Origin: Terrimicrobiaceae bacterium
GTDB taxonomy: Bacteria; Verrucomicrobiota; Verrucomicrobiia; Chthoniobacterales; Terrimicrobiaceae
Assembly: GCA_041752695.1 (NCBI GenBank)
Contig: JBGSVZ010000002.1
Span: 1-39,901 of the forward strand
Length of the DNA stretch: 39,901 nucleotides
Direction: 5' to 3'
The position numbers and the translations under genes were made by a program. Positions within the stretch are counted from its first letter, which is position 1. Every line of letters begins with the position of its first letter. This document shows positions 8,706 to 18,800 of this stretch, one piece after another. The notes under the pieces are model-generated. The model did not search any database, was not told where the DNA came from, and saw nothing but the letters and a program-made list of their open reading frames with translations.

Positions 8706-11700
8706 GGCGAGGTGACCCGGAGGCGGAGAAAGCGGCGAGGATTGGCAGACGTCGGATCAGTGACGGTGACTTGCTGTCCGACGGTTCCGGGGTTGGTGGC
8801 AATGACCGGCCACGGGGCGGGAGCGGCGAGGTCAGAGCTGGCCTCGACGAGATAGGTCACATCAGCGCGGGCGCGGAGGAAGGAAATCTGAAGGTTGAGT
8901 TGTGGGAGGGAAGGGGTCGGTCGGGAAGCGGAAGCGGCGTCGGAAGGGGTAGTGCCCAGCGCGTATTCGAGAAGATTGTTTACACCATCGCCGTCGAAGT
9001 CGAAAGCATCGGCGGAGGCGCCGGAGTTGTCAGTGGTGCCGAAATAAGTCTGTCGCCAGGCTTGCAGGGAAGTGAGTGGCGTGGCGTAAGCCTCGGCGGA
9101 GGCCGGTCCTTCGCCGACGAGGTTGGTGGCGGTGACAATGTAATAAGCGGGCACGCCGGGAGTGGCGGTGGAGTCCAAGTGGGCAGGCGTGGTGAGGCCT
9201 GCGGCGAGCGGTGTATACGGACCACCAGCCACGGAGGCGCGTTTGACCGTGTAGGTCGCAGCGTTGGTCACGGCGTTCCACGCGAGGTTCACGTTCGCTC
9301 CGCTAACATTAGCCACCAGGCCCCCGGGCGCGGCGGGGAGGGCGAGAAAGGAGATGTTGTCGAAGGTCGCGGTGGCGGTCGAATTGCCAGTGCGGGGAGC
9401 AACCACAAAACCCACGCTCAGGGTGGAACCGGACATGGCGTTCACCTGGGTGGAAAGTGTGGTCCACGTGGTCCCATTCTCGGAATAAAAGAGCGTGAAG
9501 GCATCGCCCAGGCGGACCATGCGGATCCATTCCGGGATGCCTCCACCGCTGCTGGCGGAGCCGCTGAAGAAGTTGGTACCGCTACTGGCACCGCTAGTGG
9601 CGGTCTTGTGTTGAAAATTCACAGAACCGCTTCTCAATAGGTGGACCGTGCTGTAGCGGGAGCCTACATTGGTCGTTTCGCGGAAAATGAGGCCGGCCTT
9701 GGCGGAGGCGTCCGTCGAGGTGAACGCAGTCAGTCGCGCGGTAAACACGCCATCCCCCTGCCACGGCATGAAAAGATAAGTGTTGGAATCGTTGTTTCCC
9801 GTCCAAAGGTCAGCCGTGGCCCCGCCGGCCGTGGTGCCGCCCGCACCGACAATGCGGATCGAGCTGGGCGAGAGGATTTCCACTGTGCCCGGCGCGACGC
9901 CCGCACCCGGGTTGATTTGCTGGAGGACGGAAGGGCCGGGAAAAACGGTGACGGTGAACGATTTGCTCCAGACCTGGCTGTTCGTGTCGGTGGCGGTCAC
10001 GTTGACCGTGGTGGTGCCGACGGGGAAGAGCGAACCGGAGGGCGGGTTGGCGAGGGCGGGCGTGGTGGCGGTGAAGCCATCGCCAGCGCTGACGTTGAAG
10101 TTAACGATTGCTCCCGACGAATTGCCGCTGACTGTAAGGTTGCCCGGGGTCGAGATGACAAGGCCGGAGATCGTCATGCTTCCGGTCACCGGGGCGGAAC
10201 TGTAGTTGGGATCGCTTATCCAGGCCGTGATGGGATAGGTGCCGGGGAGGATGCCTTGGCCAACGACCGAAACTTGGGTGGCGAGGCCGGGGGGATTGGT
10301 CGTGATGGCGGGCGAACCCGCCGCACCGGTGTAAGGCAGGCTGGAGTTGCCGATGGTCAGCGTGGCAGATGGGCGCTGGATACTGATGAGCGCGAGGCGT
10401 GAGCCAAAAAAGTCGGCGTTGGCGACAACGGCTTTTGCGGTGTATTGGCCAGCGATGGCGGGAAAAGTCGATGAGCCGTCGTAAGTGATGACTGGCGGTA
10501 TCGATGGCTGGGTGGACGTCGCGGTGACCGGTGAGGCAGCGGTGGGCGCGGTGGTGTTGCCTAAGGTGACCGTGACAGCCCCGGCATTAGTGATCAGGAG
10601 GCTGCCTGTCGCGGAGGCCTCGTAAATCGGGTCGTCGAGCGTGGCAACGACATTGTAAACTCCCGCCGCGGTGGGCAGTGCGGCGGAACCGTTATAGGTG
10701 ATATTGACCGGTGAGGTGAGGCCTTCAATGGGGAGGACGCCGCGTACCGGAACGGGAATGTCGGCCGGGGTGTAGGCGGTGCCGTTGATGTCAGACGTGT
10801 AAGATTTTCTCACGATCATCGGAGCAAGCAGGCGGGAGGCGGGGACCATGGGAACAGGAATCGCCGAGGTGATCTCCGAGCGGACCCCACCGATCAGCAG
10901 GGGCGTTGTGCGGTTCATGTCGACCTCGAGGGCCATGCTGAGGGGAATTTTTGGGGAACCGGCAGGGCGGGCCGTGAGGTTCATGGATTTGGTCGTGGTG
11001 CCGTCCTGGTTGCGGGCCGAGAGAGTGAGGTTGTAGTGGGTCTCGGTGGCGACGGTTGGGACTGTACCCGAGATCAGGCCGGTGGTGGCATTGATTGAGA
11101 GGCCTGCGGGCAGGCCGGTGGCCGAGTAGTTTGGTGTTGTGATGGCCGCGACAACATTCGACACGGGCAATTGATACGACCATGCGGCACCTGAGAGGAC
11201 AACGAGTTGGGACGGCGTGCGGATGGTTGGCGGCAAGTTGATGCGAGCAGGCAGATTCGCCTGGTGGGTGTGCGGATTCCTCGCAACACGCAGGCGGGTT
11301 TCGAGCTGGTTGGCATAAAGCGAACGGACCGGCATGCGAGTGCCGTTGTACCATTGCTCGGCTTTGCCGAGCAGGCTAGCCGGGACGCCCCCGGAATTGC
11401 GCCACGCCGCGGGACCGCCATTGACGGCGGTGGTGCCGAACGACCAGTTCGGCGAGAGCGGCATGTTCTCGAAAGTGATGGTGTTGGTGACGACGTTCCA
11501 CGCGACGCAGAAGGCGGAAGGTCGCTCGAGCTTCACCTGGAGCCCGACGGTGGCGCTTAGTTCAGAAATATTGTCCCAGAGGCCTCCGTTGTTCCAATCC
11601 GCATGGGACCCGGACTCGTTGAACGACCGGGTGGAGACGCCGTCCACAAAGACATTCGGACCGGGAGCGGCCGGCCAGTTGATGATGAACGTGTGACGGC

Positions 11701-12847
11701 CATTGCGACCGATATTGTTGCTGACCAGGCCCATTTCGCCAGTGAGGACAAAGCTGTACCGACGCCCTCCCTGAAGGATCGAGATGCCGTCGTGACACTG
11801 GGAGCGGTTGATGGTGATCTTCCGCGTCGAGCTGTTCACATAAGCGATCGAGTAGGCGAAGTGGCGGGCGGTGCAGCCATTCACGAAGCCGTCCTCGACC
11901 TCGGTAAAATCGAGCGCGTTCCAGACGTGGTTCTCGTCGGTGTCCGAGGAATAGGTGCTCTCGAAGTAGATGTCGGAGACACCGACGTTGGTGATGTAGT
12001 TAAACGCGGTGACCGGCACGACATAGCCGCGGCCCCAGGCGGGGTCGAGCGGCGAGGTGATCGGCGCGTCGAGGGTGATGGAGTCGGCGGTGACGGCGGT
12101 GACAATGCGGTTGAAGGTGATGGCAGGGTCGCGGTCCGCGGTGGCGGCCGTGTTGTAGTAGCTCGCCTTTTGCCATGCGATCGAACCAGGCCAGCGAACC
12201 TGGATGCGCTGGCCAGCAGTGAACGGGTGGCTGGTGAGGGGGATGACGTTCGTTCCCCCCGGAATGTATACATTGTCCACCAGTGTGCGGGTGGCACCAG
12301 CGGTGATGCCGCCGCCATCGAAGGCGATGAGTCGCGAGTTGCGGGTGTTGCCACTTTGGTTCTCGTTGGTTGTGCCGATCGCGTAAAGGCGGGTGCCAGT
12401 GAACGGGTGGTCCCCCTCGCCGCGGATGACCACACCGGAGGCGGTGACACGGATTCGGTTGACGGAATGGATTTCCCAACGCCCGGCCTTGAGCAGCACG
12501 GCGCCGCGGAAGCCGTTGATGAGCGGTCGGGTGGCGATGAAATCAATCGCCGCTTGGATACGATCCGTCTGGTCGCCCGTACCGGGCTGCAGGGTCACAA
12601 GCACGGGCACGTTGTAGCCGGCAGGTTCGCCGGGAACCGGTGTGTTGCCATAGTTAAATCCGGCGGTCGAAAAATCGGGGATACGGTCCCCGTTGGGGTT
12701 AGGATAATAAGTGATGGACTGATCCGGGTTGATACCCAACGGAAGGCTGAATTGCGGGGTCGATGCCTCCAGCGGAGAAACGAGGATGACAATAAGCGCC
12801 GCTATCAACGCGGACAAAAACACCTGTAGTTTGGGAAGGGTTTTCAT
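8702..12847 (-). CDS. ~1381-aa secreted modular protein: pectin-lyase-like beta-helix, putative Ig, MBG-like repeats, HYR, ConA/DUF1349-like, FN3, RFLRLRVT C-terminal domain
   Basis: Start reassigned to ATG 12847 (MKTLPKLQVFLSALIAALIVILVSPLEA signal peptide). RIPDFSTAGF...RIQAAIDFIA..GFRGAVLLKAG is a beta-helix N-cap. YSATGLPAGLSINATTGLISGT is He_PIG-like. ITYNGSAALPTAAGVYNVVAT is MBG-like. FN3 LAWNAV..YTVKR. Confidence 0.85.
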   Translation of the reverse strand: MKTLPKLQVFLSALIAALIVILVSPLEASTPQFSLPLGINPDQSITYYPNPNGDRIPDFSTAGFNYGNTPVPGEPAGYNVPVLVTLQPGTGDQTDRIQAAIDFIATRPLINGFRGAVLLKAGRWEIHSVNRIRVTASGVVIRGEGDHPFTGTRLYAIGTTNENQSGNTRNSRLIAFDGGGITAGATRTLVDNVYIPGGTNVIPLTSHPFTAGQRIQVRWPGSIAWQKASYYNTAATADRDPAITFNRIVTAVTADSITLDAPITSPLDPAWGRGYVVPVTAFNYITNVGVSDIYFESTYSSDTDENHVWNALDFTEVEDGFVNGCTARHFAYSIAYVNSSTRKITINRSQCHDGISILQGGRRYSFVLTGEMGLVSNNIGRNGRHTFIINWPAAPGPNVFVDGVSTRSFNESGSHADWNNGGLWDNISELSATVGLQVKLERPSAFCVAWNVVTNTITFENMPLSPNWSFGTTAVNGGPAAWRNSGGVPASLLGKAEQWYNGTRMPVRSLYANQLETRLRVARNPHTHQANLPARINLPPTIRTPSQLVVLSGAAWSYQLPVSNVVAAITTPNYSATGLPAGLSINATTGLISGTVPTVATETHYNLTLSARNQDGTTTKSMNLTARPAGSPKIPLSMALEVDMNRTTPLLIGGVRSEITSAIPVPMVPASRLLAPMIVRKSYTSDINGTAYTPADIPVPVRGVLPIEGLTSPVNITYNGSAALPTAAGVYNVVATLDDPIYEASATGSLLITNAGAVTVTLGNTTAPTAASPVTATSTQPSIPPVITYDGSSTFPAIAGQYTAKAVVANADFFGSRLALISIQRPSATLTIGNSSLPYTGAAGSPAITTNPPGLATQVSVVGQGILPGTYPITAWISDPNYSSAPVTGSMTISGLVISTPGNLTVSGNSSGAIVNFNVSAGDGFTATTPALANPPSGSLFPVGTTTVNVTATDTNSQVWSKSFTVTVFPGPSVLQQINPGAGVAPGTVEILSPSSIRIVGAGGTTAGGATADLWTGNNDSNTYLFMPWQGDGVFTARLTAFTSTDASAKAGLIFRETTNVGSRYSTVHLLRSGSVNFQHKTATSGASSGTNFFSGSASSGGGIPEWIRMVRLGDAFTLFYSENGTTWTTLSTQVNAMSGSTLSVGFVVAPRTGNSTATATFDNISFLALPAAPGGLVANVSGANVNLAWNAVTNAATYTVKRASVAGGPYTPLAAGLTTPAHLDSTATPGVPAYYIVTATNLVGEGPASAEAYATPLTSLQAWRQTYFGTTDNSGASADAFDFDGDGVNNLLEYALGTTPSDAASASRPTPSLPQLNLQISFLRARADVTYLVEASSDLAAPAPWPVIATNPGTVGQQVTVTDPTSANPRRFLRLRVTSP

Positions 12848-12873
12848 AAGTGGCGAAATACCAGAAGGTCTGC

Positions 12874-15800
12874 TCACGGCGCGGTGACGCGGAGACGGAG
12901 GAAGCGGCGGGGCGGGTTGGCATTGGAAAGGTCCACCTGGTCGAGCACGTCCACCAAACCGGGGATGTTGGCTGATCCGGTGGACTGCCAAATCGCGGAC
13001 CACGTTCCTGTCAGATCGTTTGTGGCTTCCACCCGGTAGGTAATTTCGGGATCGGCGATGCGGTCGAAACTGAGTTGGAGGAAACTGCCCGCTGTTCCCA
13101 GCACGGGACCTTCCGCGGGGCTGAAGAGCTGCGGATCCGAGTTGATGGCGTATTCGATGAGATTAGCCAACCCATCGTCGTCAAAATCGGCGTTGTCACC
13201 CGCAAGTCCCACATTTTCAGCGGTCCCGAAATTGTCGTTCCGCCAGCTTTGCAGCGGAGTGAAAAAACTCACGTTATCCATGACAACCGTCGCGGTGGTC
13301 CCGGCCGTGCGGGGTCCGACGGCCAGACCGACGGAAACCGGCGAGGCGGCCATGAGGTTGGTGGTCGTGGTTCCGATTTGGGTCCATGCGATTCCGTCGG
13401 CGGAGAAATACCCGCTAAAGGTGTCACCCGAACGCACCAACCGCACCCACTCCGGCGCGGCACGTCCGCTGGAAGAGATACTGCTCACGGTGCCGTTTGT
13501 GGTAGTTTTGTGTTGGACGATTCCACTGCCCGAACGCGTGATGTACGCGAAACTGTTTTTTGCTCCGGGTGTCAGGGTTTCCCGAACCATCAATCCTGCC
13601 TTGGCGGCCCCATCGCTGCTGGAAAAACTGACAATGCGCGCGGTGAATGTGCCGTCTCCCGTCCAGGGTTGATGAGTGAAGGTGAAGGACTCTCCGGTGC
13701 CGTTCCAAATATCCCCGCCGCGTCCTTGAATGGTATAGGCCCCCGTCGCTGGATCATAACTCACGGTGCCATTAGCCCCGCTTGTGACCGTGCCGACTTG
13801 CTGCACGGTCCATGGCGCCGGCGGCAGTTGCAGCACGGTGATCGTGAAAGACGCCGTGCTGGTATTGCCGGAGGAATCGGTGGCGATGGAGGTGACAACC
13901 GTGGTGCCAATCGGAAAAACCGAACCCGAAGCGGGCGAGTTTGTAGCGCTCAATTCGCCATCGATGTTGTCCAAAGCCGTGGTGGTGAAGGTCACCGCCG
14001 CCCCGTTGCTCCCCGTCGCGGGCGTGGTGATCGCCGCAGGCACGGTGAGGACAGGCGGAGTGAGGTCGGTCCCGGTCTGACCTGATGTCACGCCCAGCGC
14101 CATGGCGTAATTGGACAGACCCACGGCGGAGACGCAACGCACCCGATAGTCGTAGGTCTGTCCCGCCTGGGCGGAACCGTCGAGATAGGTCGCCGTATTA
14201 GTAGCGAGGGTGGTGACGAGCGGAGTCCAATCCTCTGCTCCCGCCAGCGAGCGTTCCACCACCCAGGCGGATTCGTTGGTGGCAGCGTCGGTCCAAATCA
14301 ATCGAATCGCCGCACCGGCCTGAGCCGTCGCCGTGAGGCCTGTTGGCGCGGGAGGCAAGACCTCCTGCGTCCCGGCGGGCACGCGAACCGGCGCCGGTTC
14401 GATCTGATTGCGATAGTCCACCAAGGTTGTGCCATTTCGCTGGAGGGTAAACTCATTCATCGTCACGGTCTGACCCGCCACGGTGGCCGTTCGCGGAGTG
14501 AACGCGAAGGTGTCCGCCTGCGCCCCCAAGATCACCGTGAGAGTGTTGCCGCTGAGATTGGTCGTGGGAAGGGTTTCTCCCGCGCGGAAAGGAAAGAGCA
14601 GGATGCGGTATTGGGGCGTCACGGTGGCCGCACGTTCAATGACCAGTCGATTCCAGTTTTCCGTGGTGTTCGGGCTGGTTACCGTTTCCAAATAGGCCAG
14701 CGCGCTACCGGTGGAACCCGCTGCCTGCACCGGAGTGCCATCCGCACGGAGGATGCGGACAAGCAAACGCCGGTCGCCTGTGCCCGCGGGTTCGCTGAGG
14801 ATAACATCCGTGGCCGCATTCGCGCCGGAAGGCAGTGCGGCACCGGTTAGGATCGTGAGGTCCTCGGCCACCGAGGCGAACCATTTATAAGTGCGGGCGG
14901 TATTATCTTTTCGGATGTCATCAACAATCAAGACATAAGGTTTGGTTCCGCGCACGAGGCCGATGGTGCGATAGACCTGCTGCATCGGATTGTAAGTTTT
15001 GGCCTGCATGCCTTCGAACTGTCCGGGATTGACCCAATGCGGAAAGGCGCGGAACGGGGTGTCGCCAAACGCCTCCGGGATTTTGTTCCCGGCGCGCCGG
15101 AAGGTGTTGTGCGAGTTTTGTTCGAGGGTGTATCCGCTTGTAACCGTGGGTGTGGTGGTGTAGGCGTTCCAGCGCCATTCCTGGCTGTAGGAGTACGTTG
15201 CGTCGCCCGTCGCGAAGGTGGCCGGTCCGCCGGTTGGCGTCCAGGCCGCCAGCTTCGCTGGAATGCGCAGCTTATCGCCTTCCTGCGGCGTGATCTTCAT
15301 GCTCTTGCCGTCCACTTCGACGATGCTGTTGAAGGGAGCATCCTCCAGCCCGGAGTCAGAACTGCCGCTATTGTAATTCACAAACAAACGCCCCAGAGCT
15401 GACAAGGTGAACGTGTTGCGGTCGGCAAAGGTGTGCCCGCCGAAATCCTGCCGCACGTGGAAAAGCAATGCGGTGGCGTCGGGGTCAAATCCACTGCGGG
15501 CAATGACCGAGCCGCCTTCAGGATCGATAAAGTCGAGGCCGGGCTGCGCAGCCGCATTTTGCGCGGTCCAGGTCGTGACGGAATCCACATCGCTGACGTA
15601 AACCGCCGCGGGCAAGAGCATGTTAAAATACCCGCTCCGGGGCGAAAACTTGCCGTCGCGAAAATCGAGGAACGTCCGCCACTGACCGGTACCGTCTTTG
15701 TATTCCGTATTGACGAAATTGCGCCAGGCAAAGTCCGCCTGTTCGTTGCCGGGATACATCCACTTGAGTGCAATGTAATCGAGCCCGTTCATGTAAAGAC

Positions 15801-18800
15801 GACCCTTCTCCGGGTTTGGACCGCTGCCGCCGAGCAGATCGTAGAGGATGAAAGAATACCCGAAGGGCTGGGTGGCCGCAGGCATCCAGTTCTCGGCATA
15901 GGCTTTGACATGGGGGTGGGCGTAAAAGGGATAACCGCGCCGCGCGAAGGGCACCATGTGTCCTCCGAAGAGATAGTTTTTTCCCTGACCTTCGAGTCCA
16001 ACCCCGGTCTTGAACCAGCCGTAAGTGAGGAACTTATGATACGAGCTCATCGCGCGGCCGAACCACCCGGCGAGGTCGGCGGCGGAATACCCGGCGTCGG
16101 CCACGGCAACCTCTCCTTCGATCGCCATCGCCGGGAAAATCTTGAAGGAATTGATCGCCACCCAATTGGTCGCCACGGCTTCGGGCGTACAACCAACGCC
16201 GGTGTAGTCGGTGTTCGATCCTTCGCTGGCAAAATAGCCGCCCATCAGCTTAGCCAGAGCCTTCCGGACCGTGTCCCGCTGGGTGGGGGTCATGGCATTA
16301 AATACCATGTCGTAGGTGAGCGCGGGATGGTGTCCGCCGAAGCGGAAATGATTCGACCACTTGGCGGTGTTGGTCGCGCCGGGCACGCCGGGAAAATTGG
16401 GATCGGCCACCACCACGGCCGCCCAGGTGGCGAGGGCGTTGGCGAGATTGGTCTGCCGCGTCGCTACGCCGGCTTCGCCTTCCCGAACCAAGCATTCAAA
16501 AGCTTCCAACGCCATGGAACTCGCCAGCAGATAAAGCCCGGTGCCGTCGTTGGCCGCAATCATGGCGTCCAAGGCTGTGGTGGTTCCGGCGACCAGTTGG
16601 TTATAGACGGCCGACCGGTCGTAGAGCCCCGGGTTCGAGCAGCGCGCCGTGCCATCGGGCATGAGCTTGTACGAATTTGGCTGACTGTCCCACGCCACCG
16701 CCCGGCCATTGCGAAGGAAAGAGGTGTACATTTGGACCATCTTGAAAGCCTCGATGCCCGCGGAGGTTGTCGTCAGGCGCTGGCGAATGTCCGGCAGATC
16801 CTCCGCTGCAAAATAAACCCGGGGATGCACTCCCGCAGGAGGCAAACTCACGGCGTCCGGTCGCACGCCCGTTTCGTCATAGGTGATCGGACGCGAACCC
16901 AGCACGGCGGAATCAAACAACGCCACATTGACTAATGCCGCTGCACTGGTCACGGTCCCGGCTGGGTTGGTGACCACGACGTCATAGCTGCCGGCGTCAC
17001 TCAGTTTCACCGGCGAAAGTCCAAGGTTTGCGGTAGTTGCGCCCGGCAGTGGCGTACCGTTTTTTCGCCACTGGTAGGTCACGGCCAACTCGCTACTGAC
17101 TGTCACACTTAGGCTAACCGTAGCACCCACGATGGCGGAGGTTCCGGTTGGTTGGGTGGTGATTTCCGGTGCTGTGAGGGCCCGGTAATCCGACAAAACA
17201 ACGGCATTGCCGGACTTTGCCACCAGAAAAGAACCCGCGCCATCATCCGTCGCCAGACGCTGACCGAACGCCACATTGGCGAAGGCACCCGTGAACCCCG
17301 CACTCGCGTTGAATATCGAGAAGGTCGAGCTGTTGGCGGGAGTGAATCCAGGCAGGAGCGAAACCCGGAGCGATCCGGCGAGGGTGGCGGAACCCGTGAC
17401 GGCCAGATAGTCGTATTGGCCGGTTTGATAAGCGGTGGCCTGAGTCGTGCCGCCCAATTCCATGGCCAAACTTGCCGATGCACCCAGCGTGTAAGTGCCG
17501 GTGAACGCAGTGCGGCCGGCCACGCCGACATTGCCCGGCGCGAAGGTGCCGCCGGATTGCAAGAAGATGCCGTTGGTAGCGTCCGTAGCGGCGGAGCGCA
17601 GGTTGTTGAAGTTGATCGTTCCCACCGTCAGCGTGCCCGCCGTGAAGGCGAAAACCTGTTTGGCCCCGGCCTGGCCGCCGCTAATCGTGCCGGGAATGAC
17701 AAGCTTACCGCCCGCCAGCGCGAACGTGGACGTGCCAGCTCCGGCGGGATCCGCCCCGATCTGTAGCGCGTTGCTGGCCGTGCTGGTGGCGGTGAAGTTG
17801 CCGCCGGAGAGAGTGTACGACGGACTCTTCAGCGCGGTGGTGTCATTGCCGCCGATGGTGCAGATGGTGGTGAAAAGATTTCCCCCGGTCTGGGTGGCGA
17901 CGACATTTTGCGCGCCGACTTGAGTTCCGCTCCCGCTGCCTCCCACCCTGAAGCCGAAGGAGGTGACTTTGGAAATGTCGACCGTGCCTCCCGTGAGTTG
18001 GAACGTCTGCCCGGCGGCGGCGAGTTGGTAACGCGCGGAAGTTGCCGCGATGGTGAAGTTGCCGCCTTCCACACGAACATTCGTGGCGTCGGTCGAACCG
18101 CTCAGCGCCTGATAGGTGATCGCGCCGTTTTTCACAGTAAGATTCATTCCCGCCACGTTGCTGGCAAAGGTCAGCGCGGCGGTTGGTGCAGCGTCCAAAA
18201 TCACGGAGGCCCCGCTCACGCCGTTAATTGCGGTCAGGGTGTTGTTGGAGTCGGCGGGAAGATTCACGGCATTCAGCGTCACGGTCGCTGTGGCTTGATT
18301 GACCCGTAGCGTACCGGCCGTGGCCGCGAGCGGGCCAGCGAACGGCGTGAACGTTCCCGTACCGGTAAACGAGAGAGTTCCATTGGACAGAGTGGTCGTG
18401 CCGGTGTGGGCGGCCGGTGTGGCGAAAACGACAGTGCCGGCCCCCGCGAGCGTCAGGCCGCACCCGGCGGTGTTCTCGGAGAGGGGGCCATTGAGGGTGA
18501 GGGTTCTCCCGGAGGCAACCGTCCAGGGCTGGCTGGCGGCTAAGGTAACCGGAGCGTTCACCGTGAGATTCTGGGTCGCCGCCGAAAGATCCATTCCGCC
18601 TTCCGCCAGAACCAAGGAACCCGTGCCGGCGTTGATCGTGATGGCCTGCGACGGACTGGCGATCTGCAATTGATAGGTGTTCAGGCCCGCCCCGATCCCG
18701 ACCGCGCCAGTGCTGTAGGTGCCGTTCCAGCGAGCGGCGTCTGCGAGGGTGGGCACAACGCCGCTGCTCCAACTGCCGCCCGAATCCAGTGGGGTCGTGT

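Noticed and set aside
12848..13003. N-terminal extension of the 1433-aa ORF
   Set aside because: It overlaps the upstream gene's tail, and the signal peptide starts at 12847.
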